33,667 bases of DNA from Lachnospiraceae bacterium (GTDB taxonomy: Bacteria; Bacillota; Clostridia; Lachnospirales; Lachnospiraceae): NCBI GenBank assembly GCA_003519685.1, contig DOWG01000084.1:1-33667 (forward strand). Reading direction: 5' to 3'. This document shows, piece by piece, positions 26,787 through 33,667 of the stretch. The position numbers were made by a program, and so were the translations under genes. Position 1 is the first letter of the stretch. Every line of letters starts with the position of its first letter. The notes below the pieces were generated by a model. That model was not told the origin of the DNA. It made no database searches and saw nothing but the letters and a program-made list of their open reading frames with translations.

Positions 26787-27742
26787 CAGGAATCGATATT
26801 GGAGGAACCAAATGTGCGGTAAGCCTTGGGAAGGTATCGGAGAATACCGTAGAAATTATTGATAAGATAAAAATAAAGACTCCTACCAGCCCGGAGGATG
26901 CCATACACGCTATGGTTGATCGATTAAAAGAATTAATTACGAAACATTCGGAATGCAAACTGGAATCTATCGGAATTAGTTGTGGCAGCCCGTTAGATTC
27001 TAAGAAAGGGCTTATCCTGTCTCCGCCGAACTTAAGCAATTGGGATAGTGTGGATATCCTCACTCCCTTTCGGCAGGAATTTCATGTACCAGCTGCGGTC
27101 CAAAATGATGCGAATGCCTGTGCTTTGGCGGAATGGCTGTGGGGGGCGGGAAAAGGCTGTGAAAATATGATATTTCTAACCTTTGGCACCGGTATGGGGG
27201 CAGGGTTAATTCTTAACAACAAGCTCTATGTCGGAACGAATGATATGGCCGGCGAGGTAGGTCATATTCGTTTAGAGAAGGAGGGGCCGGTTGGTTATCA
27301 TAAGGCCGGATCCTTTGAAGGCTTCTGCAGCGGCGGTGGTATCGCTAAGTTTTCAAGAGCAGCGGTTGAGGAATATAAAACCCGGGAAAAGCATACGAAA
27401 ATTTTAGAAATTCAACCGGATATTGATAAGATAACCACGGCGGATGTGGGGAAGGCTGCCGAGGAAGGAGACGATCTGGCACTGCAAATTTTCCGGAAAG
27501 TAGGAAAGCAGTTGGGAAAGGGTCTTTCTATTCTGATTGATACATTAAATCCGCAAAGAATTGTAATCGGAAGTATATTCCTTAGACAGGAAAAATTGCT
27601 GAGAGAGCCTATGGAGGCAGTGATTGCACAGGAAGCCTTAAGCTATAACCGTGAAGTCTGTGAGATTGTAGCAGCAGGGCTCGGGGAACAAATTGGTGAT
27701 TATGCTGCATTATCCGTAGCATTCAATTCCATAAGGAGGTAA
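26774..27742 (+). CDS. ROK family sugar kinase (lacks the Cys-rich Zn motif)
   Basis: IDIGGTK, NDANACALAE, TFGTGMGAG, GEVGH, GSFEGFCSG. RBS gaggagg favours the ATG at 26774 (ORF from 26744). Confidence 0.93.
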   Translation: MQCIAGIDIGGTKCAVSLGKVSENTVEIIDKIKIKTPTSPEDAIHAMVDRLKELITKHSECKLESIGISCGSPLDSKKGLILSPPNLSNWDSVDILTPFRQEFHVPAAVQNDANACALAEWLWGAGKGCENMIFLTFGTGMGAGLILNNKLYVGTNDMAGEVGHIRLEKEGPVGYHKAGSFEGFCSGGGIAKFSRAAVEEYKTREKHTKILEIQPDIDKITTADVGKAAEEGDDLALQIFRKVGKQLGKGLSILIDTLNPQRIVIGSIFLRQEKLLREPMEAVIAQEALSYNREVCEIVAAGLGEQIGDYAALSVAFNSIRR

Positions 27743-27747
27743 CGAGA

Positions 27748-30700
27748 GTGAAAGTACGCGATCCATATTTTAAATTAGAAAAAATCAGAAAGTATATTGA
27801 TGAAGATATCTATAACACTAGGGTTCGTGATTCTATTAAGTTAGAACAATGGAAGTACTTTGAGACATCCATGGAGGATAAGATAGGTCATGCTTATGAC
27901 CCGAATTATGATGATTCCGACTGGTCTGATTTTAAGCTTTGGGATTCCTGGGGAGGCTACGATAAAGTCGCATGGTTTCGGTGCAATGTTACGATTCCGG
28001 AAAGCTTCCTAAAAAAGACCGTGGCCTTTAAGGGAATCGTAGGTCCCAGGGACGGCGGAGGTTCTACGGCAGAAACCTTGCTGTACATCAATGGAAAACC
28101 GGTACAGGCAATAGATGTCTGGCATGAGGAAGCATTCCTTGATCCTGCCATCTATGAGAAAAACCGAAAGCTTCGGATCGCCTTAAAGAGCTGGAGCGGA
28201 GTACTGGATATACCGAAAGTACGGGTGTTTAAAGATGCGGAGCTTGTAGCAATTGATCCCTATGTGGATAAATTCTATTATACGATCGATACTTTATTAA
28301 AGTGTACTGAATTATTGAATGAGAATGACTTAAGAAGAATTAAGCTTACCAAGCTTTTAACAGATACCTTCCGAAAGATTGATTTCTTAAATTATAAGAA
28401 AGAACCCTATTATACTTCCATTCAGGAAGCATTAAAATTCGTTCAGGCCGGTTTGGAAGATTATGCAAAGATCGAAGAAATCAAGCCTACAGTAACCGGT
28501 GTCGGGCATTCCCATATCGATATGGGATGGTTATGGAGATATTCGGCAACCCGTGAGAAAGCGTCCAGAACCTTCTCTACGGTATTAAATCTGATGCGAC
28601 TCTTTCCAGAATATCGTTATATGCATTCCTCCCCGCAGCTGTATCGGTGGGTTAAGGAGGATTACCCGGAGATTTTTGCCCAGGTGAAAGACAAGATTAA
28701 GGAAGGCCAATGGGAAATTACCGGAGGAATGTGGGTAGAATCCGATACGAATCTTCCGAGTGGAGAGTCCTTGGTACGCCAGTTCCTTTTTGGAAAACGC
28801 TATATAAAAGAGGAGTTTGGCAAGGATTCAAAGCTATTGTGGCTTCCGGATGTCTTTGGATATAGCGGGGCTTTACCGCAGATAATGAAAAAATCCGATA
28901 TGGATTACTTTATGACAACAAAGATCAGCTGGAATCAATATAACCATTTTCCATATGATACGTTCCGCTGGAGAGGAATTGACGGCAGTGAAATCTTTAC
29001 CCATTTTATAACAACACCGGAAAATGGTTCCTGGTTTTATACCTATAATGGGCGAATGGAGCCTTCTGAAGTAACCGGAATATGGGAAAATTATAAGGAT
29101 AAGGATAAGAACGAGGAGCTGTTGCTAGCCTTCGGATGGGGGGATGGTGGCGGCGGTCCAACCAAGGAGATGCTGGAGCGTGCCCGTGTGATGAAGAACA
29201 TACCGGGAATTCCAAAGGTACAGATCGATACAACGGAAAGCTATTTTAAACGGATCCATGACAGAATCCCAGAGGATTGCTTGAATGTCTGGGAAGGGGA
29301 ATTATACTTTGAAATGCATCGCGGTACCTATACCTCCCAAGGCTTTATTAAGCGAGCTAACCGTAAATCAGAGCTTCTTATGCATGATGTGGAGTTCCTA
29401 AGCGTTTTAGCGGATTCCCTAAATCAGGAGGATCAATATCCGAAGAAGAAGATTAACCGTATCTGGGAGAATATCCTGCTAAATCAGTTTCATGATGTCC
29501 TTCCTGGTTCTTCCATCCGACAGGTATATGAGGATTGCAGAGTCCTATACCAGAATATAAAAGAGGAAGGAAATCAGTTACTTAATCAGGCTTTTGCAAG
29601 AATCTGCGCGGCCTCTTCTCAGGATCCAGACAGTATCCTTGTATTTAATACAATCGGATGGGTAAGAAGTGATATTCTTACGATGCCATACAGTAATACG
29701 ATAACCAGCGAAACCACTTTTACCGATACGTTGGGTAACGCAATTAAGAGCCAGGCAGCAAAGGAGGGTATGGTTCTTTACATAGAAAATATACCGGCCT
29801 ATGGGTTTAAGAAAATCGTCATATCGAATCAGGATTATGAGGTTAAGTCCAGCCTGAGGATCGAAGAAGACCACCTGGAAAATTCTTATTTCTCCATTGA
29901 CCTAAATGATAGAGGAGAAATCATTTCCCTCATAGATAAGCGGAACAAGAAGCAGGTATGCTGCGGCAAGCCGATGAATGTGCTTTGTGCCTTTGAAGAT
30001 AAGCCGTTGCGTTTTGATGCCTGGGATATTGATGTCTTCTACCGGGAAAAACCGTATGGACCGATGCAGCTAATAAGCCGAAAGGTTGTTGAAAATGGTC
30101 CGGTCAGAGGAATCTTAAGGTTAACCTGGCAGTTTAATAATTCAATCATTCGCCAGGATATGACGATTTATCAGGATAAGGATCGGATTGATTTTGCAAC
30201 ACAGGTTTCCTGGAAGGAGGAGCAGGTTCTATTAAAAGCTTTCTTCCCGGTCGATATTCATTCCTCCGAAGCAACCTACGAAATTCAATTTGGTAATATC
30301 AATCGCCCAACCCATACGAATACGGAATGGGATTTTGCAAAGTTTGAAGTTTCCGCTCATAAATGGGTTGATTTATCGGAAGGCAGCTATGGGGTGTCCT
30401 TATTAAATGATTGTAAGTATGGATATGACATTCATGAGAATGTGATTGGTATCACCCTTATTAAATCAGCGGTTCGCCCGGATGAAACGGCAGATCGCGG
30501 GGAGCATACGTTTACCTATTCCCTTTATCCGCATAAGGGAGGTTGGCAGGAAAGTAACGTACAACAGTCTGCGATGGAGCTAAACGTATCCCTCGTTGGA
30601 AAGGAAACCGGCGGGGATGCCAAGCTAAATGATTCCTTTGGACTACTATCCGTAGATTCTGACCATGTCGTTATCGATACCGTAAAAAGAGCGGAAGAGG

Positions 30701-30900
30701 AAAGGGCATATATCATAAGACTCTATGAATTTAAGAATGAGAAAGAGCAAGGCATTACGATGTCCTTTGGGCTTCCTGTTAAAAAGGTGGTAGAGACAAA
30801 CCTGATTGAGAGAGAATTGGGTGACGTAGACGTAACCGACGGACAAATTCATTTTGACATCACCGGATACGAAGTAAAGACATATAAAGTATACTTTTAA
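27748..30900 (+). CDS. GH38 alpha-mannosidase, long form with an N-terminal beta-sandwich extension
   Basis: RBS aaggaggt with GTG start; GHSHIDMGWLW, GGMWVESD, WLPDVFGYS, GDGGGGPT, GELYFEMHRGTYTSQ, LLNQFHDVLPGSSI, LLNDCKYG. Confidence 0.96.
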   Translation: MKVRDPYFKLEKIRKYIDEDIYNTRVRDSIKLEQWKYFETSMEDKIGHAYDPNYDDSDWSDFKLWDSWGGYDKVAWFRCNVTIPESFLKKTVAFKGIVGPRDGGGSTAETLLYINGKPVQAIDVWHEEAFLDPAIYEKNRKLRIALKSWSGVLDIPKVRVFKDAELVAIDPYVDKFYYTIDTLLKCTELLNENDLRRIKLTKLLTDTFRKIDFLNYKKEPYYTSIQEALKFVQAGLEDYAKIEEIKPTVTGVGHSHIDMGWLWRYSATREKASRTFSTVLNLMRLFPEYRYMHSSPQLYRWVKEDYPEIFAQVKDKIKEGQWEITGGMWVESDTNLPSGESLVRQFLFGKRYIKEEFGKDSKLLWLPDVFGYSGALPQIMKKSDMDYFMTTKISWNQYNHFPYDTFRWRGIDGSEIFTHFITTPENGSWFYTYNGRMEPSEVTGIWENYKDKDKNEELLLAFGWGDGGGGPTKEMLERARVMKNIPGIPKVQIDTTESYFKRIHDRIPEDCLNVWEGELYFEMHRGTYTSQGFIKRANRKSELLMHDVEFLSVLADSLNQEDQYPKKKINRIWENILLNQFHDVLPGSSIRQVYEDCRVLYQNIKEEGNQLLNQAFARICAASSQDPDSILVFNTIGWVRSDILTMPYSNTITSETTFTDTLGNAIKSQAAKEGMVLYIENIPAYGFKKIVISNQDYEVKSSLRIEEDHLENSYFSIDLNDRGEIISLIDKRNKKQVCCGKPMNVLCAFEDKPLRFDAWDIDVFYREKPYGPMQLISRKVVENGPVRGILRLTWQFNNSIIRQDMTIYQDKDRIDFATQVSWKEEQVLLKAFFPVDIHSSEATYEIQFGNINRPTHTNTEWDFAKFEVSAHKWVDLSEGSYGVSLLNDCKYGYDIHENVIGITLIKSAVRPDETADRGEHTFTYSLYPHKGGWQESNVQQSAMELNVSLVGKETGGDAKLNDSFGLLSVDSDHVVIDTVKRAEEERAYIIRLYEFKNEKEQGITMSFGLPVKKVVETNLIERELGDVDVTDGQIHFDITGYEVKTYKVYF

Positions 30901-30912
30901 GTAAGGGTACCT

Positions 30913-30959
30913 AGGGAGTGCATTCAATATTTAGTTTATACGGAATCACTCCCTTTTTT
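30913..30959 (+). terminator. Putative intrinsic terminator
   Basis: agggagtg(c)attc pairs with gaatcactccct, followed by a T-run. Confidence 0.6.
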
Positions 30960-31003
30960 GAAGGAATGAAGGAGCCTTGGTGTGGCGGATAGGAGGCAGC
31001 AAA

Positions 31004-33058
31004 TTGTTACAAGTGAAAGGAATGTCATTCATGCTTGCATTAGAAGATGGAAATTTTCCTTTAAATTATCAGGGTAAATCGGAACTGTCGGGTCAGGAAG
31101 TTTATTCCTTTACCTTGGAGGAAAAAGAGATCGATGCTTCGGTAATTCTTCGGAAGGAGAATGGTGTACAGATTGGTACGGTAGCGGTTCATCTTAAGAA
31201 TCAGCCATTTCGAGAAAATTATAATCTCGTAGAGCAGGCACCGATACAACTAACGATCGCTTTTGACGATCTTCCAAAACAGATGTGTGCAGTATATCAG
31301 CATAGGGACTGGTGGAGCCGACCTGCATTTATATCTTCCTACGAGGAGATCCCGGAAAGGACGCAATCCCTATATCTTCAGGGAGAGAAAAGCTATGGAT
31401 ATATTCTTCCTATGGTTGGAGAAAAAACAAAGACCTATCTGGCTAAAGGCACAAGGTCTGAGCTTACCTTTACGATGACAGCTTATACCGGAGGACTTCA
31501 TCAGGTAGAGGATCTATGCTTTTTATTAAGTGAAGGGGAAGATCTGTATGAGATTATCGAACGGGTATTTAAAAAGGCATGCCAGTTAAAAAGGATACCC
31601 ACGAAGGCGGATCGAAGATTTCCCGAGATGTTTGAGTATTTTGGCTGGTGCAGCTGGGATGCATTCTATACCGATATTTCCGAGAAAAAGGTGCTCAAAA
31701 AGGTACAGGAATTGAAGGAAAAGAAGATTCCGGTACGTTGGATTTTGCTGGATGACGGCTGGCTAAGTGTTAAAAACCAGTGTTTAACCGATTTCCGGCC
31801 GGATCCGATTAAGTTCCCAAAGGAATTTAAGAATATGACCAAAACGATTAAGGAAGAAACCGATATCCGTTGGATTGGTGTATGGCATGCTCTTGGCGGC
31901 TATTGGGGTGGAATAGCCCCGGAATCAGCTTTCGCGCAAGAATTAAAGGAGAATCTTTACGAAACAAAGAACGGTAAGCTGATTCCCCACTATGAGCCGG
32001 AAAAGGGCTTTGGCTTCTGGAGAAGATGGTATTCTTATTTAAGAGACCAAGGGATTGATTTTGTTAAGGTAGATGGTCAAAGTGCGTTAAAGAATTATTA
32101 TAAAAACAATGAAGAGATTGCTAAGGTTGCTGCCGGTACACATACCGCACTAGAAGGGGCAGTATCCATGCTGATGAACGGAAATATCATCAATTGTATG
32201 GGAATGGCGATGGAAAATATACTCAATCGGCCGAACTCCTGTATTTCAAGAAACAGTGATGATTTCGTTCCAAATGAGGAAAAAGGCTTCCGTGAGCATA
32301 TGCTGCAGAATACCTACAATGCGTTATATCATGACCAAGTCTATGTATGCGATTGGGACATGTATTGGACAAAGCATCCGGATGCCACAAAGCATGCTCT
32401 TGTTCGGGCAATCAGCGGCGGGCCGGTCTATGTTAGTGATCGAATTGGAGAATCGGTCTATGAGGAAATTCTTCCTCTGGTATATCACGACGGTAGAATT
32501 CTTCGGATGGATCGCTGTGCAAAACCAACGCTTGATTGCATCTTTCATTCGCCGCTGCAAGACCAGGTTCTAAAATTAACGAATACGGTGAATGGAACCG
32601 GGGCTATGGCAGCTTTTCCTATCAGTGAAACTAAGAAAGTCCTTAAAACAAAGCTGTCACCTTCCGAAATATATGATTTAAAGGGGGAGACCTTTGGTGC
32701 CTATCATTATTTTGACCGTTCCTTTACCATAATAAAACGGGAGGATTCTATTCCTGTGACACTAACGGAGAAGGATTATGCACTAATCTTGTTTCTTCCT
32801 ATGAAGAAAGGAGTTACGCCGATTGGTTTAATTAATAAATACATGAGTGCCCATGCCATAAAATCCATTGCCTCCGGCGACACGCAGACGGTTATTACGT
32901 TGGTGGAGGGCGGTATCTTTGCTTTCTATAAACCGGAAACTCCCCACAGGGTCATAGCAAATGGCAATGACAGGACATATATGGTGCAAAAGAAAAATGG
33001 CTTTTACAGTATCGACCTCTCGGATTATATGGAAGAAGTCGTTGTAACCATTGAATAA
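31004..33058 (+). CDS. Sip1/raffinose synthase-like alpha-galactosidase (GH36, clan D)
   Basis: WWSRP, FGWCSWDAFY, LLDDGW, VWHALGGYWGG, FVKVDGQ, INCM, RNSDDF, DWDM, AISGGPVYVSD. RBS aggagg favours the TTG at 31004 (ORF from 30977). Confidence 0.92.
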   Translation: MLQVKGMSFMLALEDGNFPLNYQGKSELSGQEVYSFTLEEKEIDASVILRKENGVQIGTVAVHLKNQPFRENYNLVEQAPIQLTIAFDDLPKQMCAVYQHRDWWSRPAFISSYEEIPERTQSLYLQGEKSYGYILPMVGEKTKTYLAKGTRSELTFTMTAYTGGLHQVEDLCFLLSEGEDLYEIIERVFKKACQLKRIPTKADRRFPEMFEYFGWCSWDAFYTDISEKKVLKKVQELKEKKIPVRWILLDDGWLSVKNQCLTDFRPDPIKFPKEFKNMTKTIKEETDIRWIGVWHALGGYWGGIAPESAFAQELKENLYETKNGKLIPHYEPEKGFGFWRRWYSYLRDQGIDFVKVDGQSALKNYYKNNEEIAKVAAGTHTALEGAVSMLMNGNIINCMGMAMENILNRPNSCISRNSDDFVPNEEKGFREHMLQNTYNALYHDQVYVCDWDMYWTKHPDATKHALVRAISGGPVYVSDRIGESVYEEILPLVYHDGRILRMDRCAKPTLDCIFHSPLQDQVLKLTNTVNGTGAMAAFPISETKKVLKTKLSPSEIYDLKGETFGAYHYFDRSFTIIKREDSIPVTLTEKDYALILFLPMKKGVTPIGLINKYMSAHAIKSIASGDTQTVITLVEGGIFAFYKPETPHRVIANGNDRTYMVQKKNGFYSIDLSDYMEEVVVTIE

Positions 33059-33091
33059 AAGAAATAGCAGAAGAAAGGCGTGGTTTCTATT

Positions 33092-33667
33092 ATGTACGAG
33101 CAGGAAAGAAAGCAGCTGCAAGAAATATGCAGATTATTATATGACCGTAATCTGGTATCTGCCAGCGATGGAAATATCAGTATGCGGGTGGGAGAGGGGC
33201 ATATCCTGATTACACCCTCAAGAATGAATAAGGGTCTGCTGAATCCGGAAGATATGATTGTTTTGGATGGGAACGGGGTAGTTATTGAAGGAACGGGGAA
33301 GGCTTCCTCGGAATTTCCGATGCATCAGGCAATCTACCGAAAGCGGGGGGAGATCCGGGCAATTGTCCATACCCATCCGGTTTATGCTACCGCTTTTGCT
33401 CTGGCGGGAAAAACGATACCGGATAATTACCTGATTGAATCCAAGGTAATCCTTGGTTCAACTGCACTGGCGGAGTATGCAACTCCTGGTACCACCGAGA
33501 TGGTTGATGTAATTTCACCCTATATCGATACGGTAAACAGCATCCTGCTTAAAAATCATGGCGCAATTACCTATGGTGTGGATCTTATCGATGCATACAA
33601 TAGAATGGATGTATTAGAGGAAGTTGCAAAGACAATTATTATGTCAAAAATGATCGGGGAGCCGATT
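33092..33667 (+). CDS. Class II aldolase/adducin family protein (FucA/OtnC-like), 3'-truncated and absent from the ORF track
   Basis: My translation: MYEQERKQLQEICRLLYDRNLVSASDGNISMR...ITPSR...ASSEFPMHQAIY...IVHTHPVYATA...YATPGT...LLKNHG...LEEVAK. Frame stays open to the window end. Confidence 0.93.
   Translation, partial: MYEQERKQLQEICRLLYDRNLVSASDGNISMRVGEGHILITPSRMNKGLLNPEDMIVLDGNGVVIEGTGKASSEFPMHQAIYRKRGEIRAIVHTHPVYATAFALAGKTIPDNYLIESKVILGSTALAEYATPGTTEMVDVISPYIDTVNSILLKNHGAITYGVDLIDAYNRMDVLEEVAKTIIMSKMIGEPI

Overview
A single large carbohydrate-catabolism island from a low-GC Firmicute. Gene content and sigma-A-type promoters suggest a Clostridia/Lachnospiraceae-like organism (inference). 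All genes lie on the + strand except one DeoR-family regulator. Order: divergent GH38-like hydrolase (5'-truncated), deoR (-), ABC sugar transporter (two permeases and a lipoprotein SBP, no ATPase), GH38, methyl-accepting chemotaxis protein, GH32, GmhA-like SIS isomerase + ROK kinase, an internally deleted glycyl-radical enzyme, then Asp/Glu-racemase-like protein, FGGY kinase, class II bisphosphate aldolase, GH38, tandem metallo-beta-lactamase-fold hydrolase, DUF1537 four-carbon acid-sugar kinase, a second GmhA-like + ROK pair, a long GH38, a Sip1/raffinose-synthase-type GH36, and a class II aldolase/adducin protein (3'-truncated). All four well-formed promoters carry helically phased ~10-bp TGA repeats, a candidate DeoR operator. 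The enzyme set does not match a standard mannose, fucose or raffinose pathway. My leading hypothesis, which is unproven, is breakdown of manno-configured heptose or other rare-sugar glycans. No RNA genes, CRISPR arrays or mobile elements were seen.
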